A stretch of DNA of 64,000 nt, from contig NC_059439.1 in assembly GCF_021028975.2 (NCBI RefSeq), forward strand, positions 33,976,001 to 34,040,000, read 5' to 3'. The DNA is from Sphaerodactylus townsendi (taxonomy: Eukaryota). Of the stretch, positions 38,690-49,979 are shown in pieces (position 1 is the first letter of the stretch; every line of letters begins with the position of its first letter). Both the position numbers and the translations under genes were made by a program. The notes beneath the pieces are model-generated. The model was not told where the DNA came from, made no database searches, and worked only from the letters and a program-made list of their open reading frames with translations.

Positions 38690-39650
38690 GGAGGAGGCCA
38701 CAGTAGTTGTTGAGAACGTCACCTTGATCACAGAATTCATTTTCGTGGGACTCTCCAACGACCGGAAGACCCGGATTGTGCTTTTTGTGGTGATCCTTCT
38801 GACCTACACGTTGACCATCATGGGGAACCTGGCGGTCATCACGCTGGTACGGTCTGACTCCCACCTCCAAACACCCATGTACTACTTCCTGATGCACCTC
38901 TCATGTCTAGAGATCTGCTATGTCACCTGCACAGAACCACAGATGCTGGCTCACCTGCTGGCCGGAAAAGGAGCCATCTCCTTCACTCGTTGTATGGTCC
39001 AGATATTGGCTGCCATGTTAATGGGCGCTGCCGAATGCTCTCTGCTGGCGGTCATGGCTTACGACCGTTACCTGGCCATTTGCCAGCCTTTGCTGTATCC
39101 TGTTGCCATGGGCAGGTGGCAACAAATGCTCCTGGCATCTAGCTGTTGGGCAATAGGTCTTTTTTTTGGTACCGTATTTGTGGGCTGTGCCCTTCGCCAC
39201 TCCTACTGTGGTCCCAACCGTATGAACCACTTCATGTGTGAGTTGCCGGTGGTGCTACAACTTGCCTGCGATGATACCCACACCACTGAGGTGGTGGTTT
39301 TTGCACTATCTGCCTTGGGCATCCTGATTCCTATTTCTATTATCCTGATTTCCTACGCTGTCATTCTCTTCTCCGTGTTGCAAATACGGTCCGCCACCGG
39401 ATGGCATAAAGCGTTCTCCACCTGCGCTTCCCACCTTGTGGTCGTTACCTTGTTCTATGGAACTCTGGTTTCTATGTACCTGATTCCACGATCCGCCGCA
39501 TCCTCAGATCGTGGCAAACACATTTCTGTGTTTTATGTGGTGGTCACCCCTCTCCTCAATCCTGTCATTTACACCCTGAGGAACAAGGATATTCATCAGG
39601 CAGTGGGCAGAGTCCTGCGAAGAGGTGGGTTTGAACCAAAACGAGTATAG
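38690..39650 (+). CDS. Olfactory receptor OR-2 main exon: intact 7TM frame lacking an N-terminal ATG
   Basis: Open from the acceptor (AG 38688-38689): EEATVVVENVTLITEFIFVGL..LQTPMYYFL..MAYDRYLAICQPL..KAFSTCASHL..PLLNPVIYTLRNKD, TAG ending 39650. The first in-frame ATG (38820) lies within TM1. Confidence 0.93.
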
Positions 39651-39905
39651 ACATCCTTCACCGGAGAATACCTTCAAAGCTACATCTGCCTCCACACATT
39701 TAGTAGGTAAAGATGATATAACAGAGATAGCATTCTGGGGGGGGGGGAAGACAACTTTGTTAGGTGGTAGTGCTCAAACTTTCTCTTAATTTTATCCAGC
39801 TTTCTTCTAACTGATGATCAAAAACACAAAGTTAAGCCGTGCATTTTCAAAAGCTAATATTGTCTCAAAGTCATATCTTAGTAGTGTTTGTGGCTTCAGT
39901 GTCCA

Positions 39906-39922
39906 TAATTAATCCCAGAGGA
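39906..39922 (+). promoter_or_regulatory. Homeodomain + O/E(EBF)-like composite motif, candidate OR promoter element
   Basis: TAATTA-A-TCCCAGAGGA. Copies at 49597-49613 and 50163-50179; diverged copy at 57115-57131. Confidence 0.45.
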
Positions 39923-40599
39923 ACTTCATACCTCTGAGGTTTGCAGCTAGGAAATTCTGCACACTTTCTATACTCATTTAGGAACCAGCTGCATCTTCTG
40001 GAAGAGACAGCCAAAAAACACTTCCCATATCCAGTTTTGAACTTCTCCTTCTCTCAGTTGGCTGCTGCCTTGAAGAAGAAAAAGAGTTGGTTTTTATACT
40101 CCTCTTTTCTCTACCTTAAGGAGTCTCAAAGTGGCTTACAGAAACCTTGTGAAGCATGAAGGGTTGGGAGAGTTCTGAGAGAACCATGACTAGCCCAAAG
40201 TAGGCTTAATGTGGAGGAGTGGGAATTCAAACCTGCTTCTCCAGATTAGAGTCTGCTGCTCTTAACCACTACACCATACTTGTCTACAATGAGGCAAGAG
40301 GAAGAACGCAACAGCTAGCAATCCTTCCACCGTGCCTGGATCTCTACCTTCCTGAGAAGCACTTTTTAAACTATATAAACTTGGCTTTAAAATACTCTGA
40401 GTGCCAGTTTTGGCTCAAAAATGGGTAAAAATGGCACAAATAAAGCTTCAGAAACCCTGACCATTTCAGAGCAGTGTGGAGAAAATTTCCTTCCCCATCT
40501 GAAGTCTCTGACTAGACCAGTGAACGTCCATTTCATTTTCCAACACCTTCCATTAGAAAGTTGGTTGCGGCATGTCTAATTGTTGTATGGCTTAAAATA

Positions 40600-40665
40600 A
40601 GTCAGAGGCACAAGAAACTTCACGTGGGTGGTGGAATATACTGGAGAGGAGCAGAAAGGTAAGAT
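40600..40665 (+). other. Candidate 5' non-coding exon end/splice donor for OR-3 (paralog at ~50943 for OR-4)
   Basis: AAAG|GTAAGAT is conserved in both duplicates and similar to the donor at 34768. TAATTG lies ~80 bp upstream. Confidence 0.45.
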
Positions 40666-41496
40666 CACACCTGTCCCTCTTCCACCTTTACATTTTTAGA
40701 TGGCTAGTTTTCTTCTACGGATAGAACTCTTTAAAATCATATTTGTCTTTATTCCAGAAAAGTCTGTATAGCTCATTAGCTTTTAGAAAATAGAAAAAAG
40801 TAAACACACACAAAAAAAACAAGGAACAGAAATATGTCTGGCAATAGCTGACAATATGAATTTCATTTCCCCGACAGGAGATGCATGATCCAAAAGGAAA
40901 TTATCACGAGAGCTCTTAAAATACTGTAGAATATTTGCATGAACAGAAAAAAAAACATGAACAGGAAAAAAAAGTATTTTAAGGTTTCTTTTTAATCATT
41001 TATTTAACAGAATTAATGTAATGGTGTAGGAGCAGCAGTGTGTGGTGTAGGAGCAGCAGTGGCGTAGGAGGTTAAGAGCTCGTGTATCTAATCTGGAGGA
41101 ACCGGGTTTGATTCCCAGCTCTGCCGCCTGAACTGTGGAGGTTTATCTGGGGAATTCAGATTAGCCTGTACACTCCCACACACGCCAGCTGGGTGACCTT
41201 GGGCTAGTCACAGCTTCTTGGAGCTCTCTCAGCCCCACCTGCCTCACAGTGTGTTTGTTGTGCACAAATTATCTAATCTGGAGGAACGGAAGTTTGATTT
41301 CCCAGCTCTGCGCCCTGGAACTATGGAGAGGAGTTTATCTGGGGAATTCAGATTAGCCTGTACACTCCCACACTGCGCCAGCTGGGTGGACTCTTGGAGC
41401 TAGTCACAGCTTTCTTGGAGTTTCTCTCAGCCCCACCTGCCTACAGGGTGTTGTTTGTTGCTGAGGGAGAGGCAAGAAAGATTGTAAGAAGCCCCT

Positions 41497-43084
41497 TTGA
41501 GAAGGGCAACAAGGATGATTGAGGGACTGGAGCACCTTCCCTATGAGGAGAGGCTGCAGCGTTTGGGACTCTCCTTTAGTTTGGAGAGGAGACGTCTGAG
41601 GGGGGATATGATTGAAGTCTATAAAATTATGCATGGGGTAGAAAATGTTGACAGAGAGAAATTTTTCTCTCCTTTCCTCCACAATACTAGAACCAGGGAT
41701 GGGCAATTCCGTTGAAAATGCTGCAGGGGAATTAGGACTAATAAAAGGAAACACTTCTTCACGCAACGTGTGATTGGTGTTTGGAATATCGCCGTTAGGA
41801 GGGGTGGTGACCCACTCAACCTGGGGTCACTTCATCCGCCTCACCATAAGCCCCACAGCGGGGTCACCCCTCTTTAAAAGCCACGCGGGGTCCTGGGCTC
41901 CCCACATCTCCAAGCGCCACTGCACTGCTGGCCGGGGCCGCTGGGGATTTACCTCTCTCCCCCTCCTGGCTCTTGCTTTGCGCGAGTAGTCTCCCGCTTA
42001 AAAAAGAGCAACTTTTTTAAAACCTCGCTGGTGCGGCGAGGTTAGTGAAGGGAACTCGGCTAAGTTACGGCTGATGATTACTCTGGCTGTGACGGCTGCA
42101 GCTCACGGCCAATCAGGGAACAAGGGCGCCTATCTGATAAGTGGGGGGGCGGTCCCCGTCTAAAGGTGGCGCAGCGCTTGAAGCGATGGCAGTGAACACG
42201 CGTCGTGCGACGCAGTCGAAGCTCACGCGTCTTCACGCGTCTTGACCAACTTGTTTCGAAAGCCGATGCGAGCAAATGGAAGATAATGTCGGCGCTCGGC
42301 CGAATGGGGAAGGAAGTACAAGAGGCGTGCGTGGCGAGCTGGCTTCTGCTTTCACTTCCAAACACTGCTGATGACGTTATGCCTCCACAGAAAGCCGCAG
42401 CCAACGATTTACTGCTGGCGTCAGCGTATGTGCCGGCGATCTTAATAGAGGGCTGTTAAGCCTCTTTTGATGACGTTCGCGCACTGCGCTTCGTCAGGCG
42501 AACCTATCATAAACAACCTCTTCCCAGCCAATCACATTATCTGGAGACCCGCCCTACGGCTGGCCGCCCACTTCCACGTAACTCATGGCCTTAATAATGC
42601 CGCGTTAGTATTGTCGGGCTTCCATTCTCACCCTCATTGCAGCTCCGGCTCTTTGCTACGCCAGCGTTATTTCCAAGAATTGCCAGCGTGTGGGGAACAA
42701 ATGTCTCCGTGGTAGCCAGAAGCCACGGAGGCTTTCGATACTTGAAGGGCTTACGCGAGTTGCAGTTTAGCTGAGTGAGGTAAAGTGGGTGAAATTAGCC
42801 CCTGGATAGCTTTAAAAAGGGCTTGAACAGATTTATGGAGGAGAGAGTCGATTTATGGCTGCAATCTTGATCCTCTTTGATCTGAGATTTACGCAAATGC
42901 CTTAACAGTCCAGGTGCTTCGGGGAGTAGCAGCAACTGGCAGCAACGAGCCATTGCTTTCACATCCCTACATGTGAGTCTCCCAAAGGCACAATTCTGGT
43001 GGGCCACTGCGAGTAGCAGAGAGCTGGACTAGATGGACTCTGGTCTGATCCAGCTGGCTTGTTCTTATGTTCTTATGTTCTTAT
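41497..43084 (+). mobile_element. CR1 LINE 3' portion interrupted by a noisy GC-rich insert (~41830-42795)
   Basis: RRATRMIEGLEHLPYEERLQRLGL..LERRRLRGDMIEVYKIMHG is the CR1 ORF2 C-terminus. (TTCTTATG)n tail at 43060-43084. Confidence 0.9.
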
Positions 43085-43163
43085 AGCAAAGAATGAGAAG
43101 TCATTGGGAGGTACATTGTGCAGAGCAGGGCTTACATTTTCAGGAGATGGCTGTGCCTAGTCA

Positions 43164-43491
43164 CCAGTCTTTATTTGTTAGCCATAGGCCTTTCAAATTA
43201 CATGACAAATCCACAGATTAAGACACATTTTAAAACCAAATTATATACACGAATGGCAAAACATAACCTTAAGGAATTTACACATTTTCGGAACTTACAT
43301 CTTATTCTTTAAACTACAACATTGCCTGAGTCACCAGTCTTTATTTGTTAGCCATAGGCCTTTCAAATTACATGACAAATCCACAGATTAAGACACATTT
43401 TAAAACCAAATTATATACACGAATGGCAAAACATAACCTTAAGGAATTTACACATTTTCGGAACTTACATCTTATTCTTTAAACTACAACT
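43164..43491 (-). mobile_element. Tandem doubled 157-bp LINE-tail-like insertion
   Basis: Two identical copies (period 170), with AATAAA on the minus strand. TSD TGTGCCTAGTCA at 43152-43163 and 43492-43503. Empty site in the paralog at ~51761. Confidence 0.85.
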
Positions 43492-46005
43492 TGTGCCTAG
43501 TCAAACTGTGCCTTCTGTGAAACTATGTCTAGACTTTTTACGTGAGTAACCATGTTGGTCTGCAGTAGAAGAAGAAGAGTTTGGGATATAGACCCCACCT
43601 TTCTCTCCTCTAAGGAGATTCAGGGTGGCTTACAAGCTCCTTTTCCCTTCCTCTTCCCACAACAGACCCCTTGTGAGGCAGGTGGGGCTGAGAGAGTTCA
43701 GGGAGAACCGTGACTAGCCCAAGGTCACCCAGCAGGAATGTAGGAGTGTGGAAACACATCTGATTCACCAGATAAGCCTCTGCTGCTCAGGATGTGGATA
43801 AGCCTCTGCTGCTCAGGTGGAGGAGTGGGGAATCAAACCTGGTTCTCCAGATTAGAATCCACCTGCTCTTAACCACTACACTACGCTGGCTGTCGTAAAA
43901 GCTGATACCCTGGGAGATCGTGTTGGTCTCTAAAGTGCTATGGTATTTGACTCTAGCTGTGTCTAGATTCACTACTAAACACAAATACTGATAGCTGGAC
44001 TCTGTTTCACATAAAGATAGTTTGAGATGCAGCTGTTGAGAAAATTGTATGCTTCCTCATTATAATATAGTCCCAAATGAGTATGAGAATTTATTCGTTT
44101 ATGCCTTTGTCAAAACCTTTATTTTGTGCATTATTGAACATGGTAGTTTGATACAAGACCATTTATGCCAAAATGTATTTTTACTTTGAAACTTTCAAAG
44201 AGCTAGGATGGCTCTAGGACCCAGGTGGCGCATTCTACAACAAAGAAGGTCTGGCATGTTTTGTTCTGTGGTGGAGGAATATACAGTCTGCTAACATCTT
44301 TATGTGAAACAGTATGACAATAATTATTATTATGGTTAATGTTTATCATAGCACATGCAGCAAATCAGTAATTTTGTAAGGTGAATGACAAACACTTCAA
44401 AACAAGGAGTTCAAACCATGGAACCCTGTGACAATTTACATAAGAACATAAGAACTAGCCTGCTGTATCAGACCAGAGTTCATCTGGTCCAGCACTCTGC
44501 TACTCACATAAGAACATAAGAAGTGGCCTGAGTGCCGCTAGTAGCTCACATGAAAGATGTGAAAGCAATAGCACTCTACTCTGATATTACTCAAATGCTG
44601 AACTTCCCTATGTGAAAACAATAACTGAGCACAAGAATCAGATGACTAAGACGCTGCAATCTCAGATCCAAGGAGGATCAAGATTGGTAGCCAGAGATCA
44701 ACTTCTCCTCCATAAATCTGTCCAAGCCCCTTTTAAAGCTATCCAGGTTAGTGGCCATCACCACCTCCTGTGGCAGCAAATTTAGGGTCACTTAAGAGGT
44801 ACTGATGGAACTGTGGAATGGTTGGGTATAGCACATGCCATAGGACCTTAGAAGATAAGCAGGTGGGCACTTAGAGATGGGACACCACCGAGGAAGACTA
44901 TGCAGAGGAAGGTCATGGCAAACCACCTCTGCTTAATCACTTGCCTTGTTAGCCCCTTGCTGGGGTCACAAGTCATTTGTGACATAACAGAACGGACGTA
45001 TGTAAGAGGCATTCAACCCTATTCACAGGTCGGGCTACTGGCCGTGGTGCTGCAGCCGCCCCACTGCAAAGAGGCTTCCCAGTGGTGTGGGAGGGTCTGA
45101 AAGCCTCCCTGCCACCGGGAAGCCCTAACAGGCTGCACAGCACTTACGCCAGCCAAAAGGAGCAGCAGTNNNNNNNNNNNNNNNNNNNNNNNNNNNNNNN
45201 NNNNNNNNNNNNNNNNNNNNNNNNNNNNNNNNNNNNNNNNNNNNNNNNNNNNNNNNNNNNNNNNNNNNNNNNNNNNNNNNNNNNNNNNNNNNNNNNNNNN
45301 NNNNNNNNNNNNNNNNNNNNNNNNNNNNNNNNNNNNNNNNTCAGGTGTAACACCGTCAGGGCCAGGAGGGAGCTGACTAATGTTGGCTCTTATTCTGGCC
45401 TGCCCGTGTCACCTTTGCTATGCCGGCAGGGGCGGCAGGGACACTGGGATGCTCCACAGCCTTCTGTGTGCGTGCTCGCGAAACTGCCCCTCTGCTGGGG
45501 TAAGTGGCCGAGGGAGGGCAATTCCACCATTGTGTAAATCCACCAGCGAAGAAGAAGAGTAGGGGAAGAGTTTGGATTTCCACCCACCCCTTCTCTCCTG
45601 CAAGGAGACTCAAAGGGGCTTACAATTTCCTTTCCCTTCCCCCGCCCCCCACAACAAACACCCTGTGAGGTGGGTCGGGCTGAGAGAGCTCCGAAGAACT
45701 GTGACTTGCCCAAGGTCACTCAGCTAGCATGTGTTGGAGTGCACAGGCTAATCTAGTTCCCCCAGATAGGCCTGCACAGCTCAAGTGGCAGAGCAGGGAA
45801 TCAAACCCTGTTCTCCAGAGTAGAGTGCATAACCACTGCTCATAACCACTATGCCACTGCTGCTCCCACCAGTACACCAGCTTCCCCTTCTGGATGGGGC
45901 TTATAGTCATATAATGAAGAACAAGAGATTTTAGTGAGATCTTGCTACTGTTTGGTTCTCTTGCAGAATTTGATGGGTGTGTTTCCCCTTTTCCAGGAAG
46001 TCCGG

Positions 46006-46959
46006 ATGGCAGCTGAAAACTTCACCTCTGTCCAGGAATTCATCTTGGTGGGACTTACCAACCATCGCAAGACGCAGATGTTGCTCTTTGTGGTCATCCT
46101 CCTTACCTATTCCTTTACCGTTTTGGGGAACCTGATGATCATTGTCCTGGTGCTGACGGACTTCCATCTCCAGACACCGATGTACTTTTTCCTCACAAAC
46201 CTCTCGACCCTGGAGATCTGTTTTGTCACAACCACTGAGCCCCAGATGTTGGCTCACCTCATGGCTGGAAATGGAGTCCTCCCCTTCACTCATTGTGTCG
46301 CCCAGATGTACATTGCTACCTCCCTGGCCAGTATTGAATGTTTTCTCTTGGCTGCCATGGCCTATGACCGCTACTTGGCCATCTGCCGCCCTCTCGTCTA
46401 CACAGTCGCCATGGGTGGGTGGCACTCGCTGCAGTTAGCCTTTGCCTCCTGGGCGATTGGCACCATTCTCGCTTCAATACCTATGATATTCACCCTTCGT
46501 CTCCCCCTTTGCGGACCCAACCTCATAAACCATTTCTGCTGTGAGGTGCCGCTGCTGTTGAAACTGTCATGTGCCGACATCCAAGTTACAGAGCAAATAG
46601 TGGTCATCTTCTCTTCGTTCATCCTTCTATTTCCCCTTTCTTTAATCCTGACCTCTTATGGGATGATTCTCTGGTCTGTGTTGCAAATACGATCGACTGC
46701 CGGAAGACGCAAGGCTTTCTCTACATGCGCCTCCCACCTGGCCGTGGTCTCCTTGTTCTACGGCACCGCCATGTTCATGTACCTGATCCCCCGCTCGGCT
46801 GTAAATTCGAATTATGACAAGTGGATTGCGGTTTTTTATGCCGTGGTCACTCCCATGCTGAACCCGATCATCTATACCCTCAGGAACAAGGACGTTCATG
46901 ATGCCGCAGCCAAGATGATGGGCCGGTGGGGCTTGAGCTACAGACACCAAGTAGTATAG
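46006..46959 (+). CDS. Olfactory receptor OR-3, intact, 317 aa
   Basis: Start MAAENFT lies 9 nt after the acceptor TTTTCCAG (ends 45996). All OR motifs present (LQTPMY, MAYDRYLAICRPL, KAFSTCASHL, PMLNPIIYTLRNKD). Confidence 0.97.
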   Translation: MAAENFTSVQEFILVGLTNHRKTQMLLFVVILLTYSFTVLGNLMIIVLVLTDFHLQTPMYFFLTNLSTLEICFVTTTEPQMLAHLMAGNGVLPFTHCVAQMYIATSLASIECFLLAAMAYDRYLAICRPLVYTVAMGGWHSLQLAFASWAIGTILASIPMIFTLRLPLCGPNLINHFCCEVPLLLKLSCADIQVTEQIVVIFSSFILLFPLSLILTSYGMILWSVLQIRSTAGRRKAFSTCASHLAVVSLFYGTAMFMYLIPRSAVNSNYDKWIAVFYAVVTPMLNPIIYTLRNKDVHDAAAKMMGRWGLSYRHQVV

Positions 46960-48902
46960 TGAGATATAGATACATAAATTCATTTATTTATTTTATTTAT
47001 TTTCAAACTTACATCCCGCCCAACCCCCGAAGGGCTCTGGGCGGTGGACAACATAAAATTCAAATACAATAAACAATACAAATAACATACAATAAATATC
47101 TATTTCTCGCTATAAATAGGGAGCATCAGTGGTGTAGTGGTTAAGAGCAGGTGTACTCTAATCTGGAGGAACCGAGTTTGATTCCCCGCTCTGCTGCTTG
47201 AGATGTGGAGGCTTATCTGGGGAATTCAGTTTAGCCTGTGCACTCCCACACACGCCAGCTGGGTGACCTTGGGCTAGTCACAGCTTCTCGGAGCTCTCTC
47301 AGCCCCACCTACCTCACAGGGTGTTTGTTGTGTGGGGGGAAGGGCAAGGAGATTGTAAGCCCCTTTGAGTCTCCTACAGGAGAGAAAGGGGGGATATAAT
47401 ACAACTCTTCTTCTTCTCACAAGGACAACACTATACTGGGGCTACTCAAGATTAACCAACAGTTCAAACTATTTTATTATATAATATTATATAATAAACT
47501 GCTGACCTCCTGGTGGTTTCCTGTCCTGCTAGCATCAGATTGGTCTAAATGAGGGCCAGGGCTGATTTTGCCCTGGCTCCTATTGGTGGAACCCTCTGCC
47601 ACCTAACATCATTTAATTTCTATTCACCCAAAACCGAAATAATTCTCCTTAATTGCATTGCTGCAGGCCCTAAATCTTTAATCCCCTATTTCTTTATATG
47701 GCTTATGTTGCTGGTCTGTTTTAACTCTGATCTGAAGTTTTTATGCTTTTAGTTGGTTGTTTAAAATTTTTAATGTGTTTTATCTAAATTATATTGGATT
47801 TTAATCATTATAATTGTTGTAATTGTTTATTTAATTGAATTGTTTATGTTGTTTACTGTCGTAAGCCGCTCTGAGCCCTTGTGGAGAGAGCGGCATATAA
47901 ATCGAATTAAAAATAAATAAATGACATCATATGAAAAGGTGCCAACAGAAAAATTAGAAAGATAATGAGCGTTCAGAGTCAAATCCTTGGTTCATAAGAG
48001 AGAAACCAGAACTTCATATATTCCTGCATCTAAGAAAGATGACACACTTTAAATAGGTGAGAGGAAAACGAAAGGCGAGGGGGAGAAAAGGAAAGCGGCG
48101 AAACTGGATGAGCTACCTCCAGAGAAACACTCGCCCAAAACAGGGAAGTACAACAAACTGATTTGTAGCTTAAATGACAAGTCTGAACGCATTAATAGTA
48201 TTATAAATACATTCTTATACGTAAACAGAATTGCACTGAAATCAAGTTCATTCATAAATCCCACAGACAGGAGACCATTCATGAGTACAGGCAACTTTTC
48301 AAAAGTCAGTTTGGGATGGTGTAGATAAATCACATAGGCATGTGGGAGCCGGTGGCTTACCAACCGCCAGAAGAAGATCATAAATTAGACGTGCTGGAGA
48401 AGACGAGCCCTTTCCAAACGCTGGAAGAACATTGGATTCAATAGCAAAGGACGCTGGATAAACTTTGCAATCACCTTTGCATCACCTTTGCAGGACGCTT
48501 TGCGCGCTGTAGAGCGTTTTCGAAAGAATAATCTTCCTCAGTGTATATATTCTTTTGCGTTCATACTGTTATGATTAGAAGAAGAAGAAGAAAAAAAAAG
48601 AAAAAGAAAAAGAAGAAGAAGAAGAAGAATTGGATTTATATCCCCCCTTTCTCTCCTGCAGGAGACTCAAAGGAGCTTACAATCTCCTTGCCCTTCCCCC
48701 CTCACAACAAACACCCTGTGAGGTAGGTGGGCTGAGAGAGCTCCGAGAAGCTGTGACTAGCCCAAGGTCACCCAGCTGGCGTGTGTGGGAGTGTACAGGC
48801 TAATCTGAATTCCCCAGATAAGCCTCCGCAGCTCAGGCGGCAGAGCTGGGAATCAAACCCGGTTCCTCCAGATTAGATACATGAGCTCTTAACCTCCTAC
48901 GC

Positions 48903-48998
48903 CCGTGGTGGCAAACCTTTGGCACTCCAGATGTTGTGAACTACAATTCCCATCAGCCCCTGCCAGCATGGCCAATTGCCAAAGGTTCGCCACCACTG
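48903..48998. mobile_element. Short hAT MITE in a SINE head
   Basis: Inverted ends CCGTGGTGGCAAACCTTTGG / CCAAAGGTTCGCCACCACTG. 8-bp TSD TCCTACGC. Confidence 0.85.
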
Positions 48999-49668
48999 TC
49001 CTACGCCATCAAAGTGGCTATACTTGGCCAGTTTTCATACAGAATCATTCAGATGGTGTTCCTACTTGGATTCAGGGCGTTCCAGGGCGGAGGACGCACC
49101 AGTGCAATGGGAGCTTTTCTCACTTGCTACGCCTCTGACAAATAGTGCAAGCTATTGTCGAAGGCTTTCACAGCCGGAATCACTGGGGTGTTGCGTGGTT
49201 TCCGGGCTGTATGGCCGTATTCTAGTAGCATTTTCTCCTGACGTTTCGTTGTCCTGTTGTCCTGCACACTGGCTATCTATTGGACCCCCTGCCAATCCCC
49301 TCCCTTCCCAGGGTTTGATCACTGGGGTTGGGTGCCAGATGTCTTCTATTACTAATCAATTATTTATTGAAGGCTACTACTGCTGCCGTAGTTTTATAGT
49401 TTTAAGGCTTTGCATATTTTAACTGGGGTTATTCGATTTGTTTTATTGTGTTGTTATTTGTTGTACACCGCCCTGAGCCCTTTGGGGGGTAGGGCGGCTT
49501 ACCAAATCGAATAAATAAAATAAAATAAATAAATGAAATAATGCATTTTCAAAAGCTAATATTGTCCCATAGTCATATTTTAGTAGTGTTTGTCCATAAT
49601 TAATCCCAGAGGGACTTCATACCGCTGAGGTTTGCAGCTAGGAGATTCTGTACGCTTTCTATTCTGTT

Positions 49669-49747
49669 TCAGGAACAAAGATGTTCATGATGCCGCAGCC
49701 AAGATGATGGGCAGGTGGGGATTGAGCTACAGACACCAAGTAATATA
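49669..49747 (+). pseudogene. OR 3'-end relic (RNKDVHDAAAKMMGRWGLSYRHQVI*)
   Basis: Near-identical to the last ~26 codons and the 3' flank of OR-3/OR-4. Confidence 0.92.
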
Positions 49748-49802
49748 GTGAGAAATAGATACATAAATACAAAGACTGGGGCTACTCAAGATTAACAAAT
49801 AT

Positions 49803-49979
49803 CAGAGGCGTAGCTTCAAGGGGACTGGGGGGTGCGTGATGCACCGGGCGCACACCCCTGTGGTGGTGTGGCGAGGGCGTTCCAGGGGTGTGGTTTGGCC
49901 GTTCCAGGGGGGGATGGGGCGTTCCAGGGCGGAGGACGCAGCAGTGCACTGGGCGCTTTTCTCACTTGCTACGCCTCTG
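49803..49979. mobile_element. hAT MITE
   Basis: TIR CAGAGGCGTAGC / GCTACGCCTCTG. TSD ACAAATAT/ACAAATAG. Partial paralog at 49075-49137; empty site at ~54865. Confidence 0.85.

Noticed and set aside
45934-46005. N-terminal extensions of the ORF-track calls for OR-3 (45934) and OR-4 (53456)
   Set aside because: They begin at non-ATG codons and run through the polypyrimidine tract and acceptor. The likely starts are 46006 and 53531.
45931-46425. 164-aa minus-strand ORF conserved at 53453-53950, and similar antisense ORFs over the other ORs
   Set aside because: Antisense shadows of OR codon usage. The conservation reflects the recent duplication.
47120-47195. tRNA-like A/B boxes (and 5S-like heads at ~55075 and ~55680)
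   Set aside because: SINE heads continuous with SINE bodies and tails, not RNA genes.
47930-48580. Possible L1 ORF2 C-terminal fragment
   Set aside because: Only a faint TLEE.W-like resemblance in noisy sequence, too weak to call.
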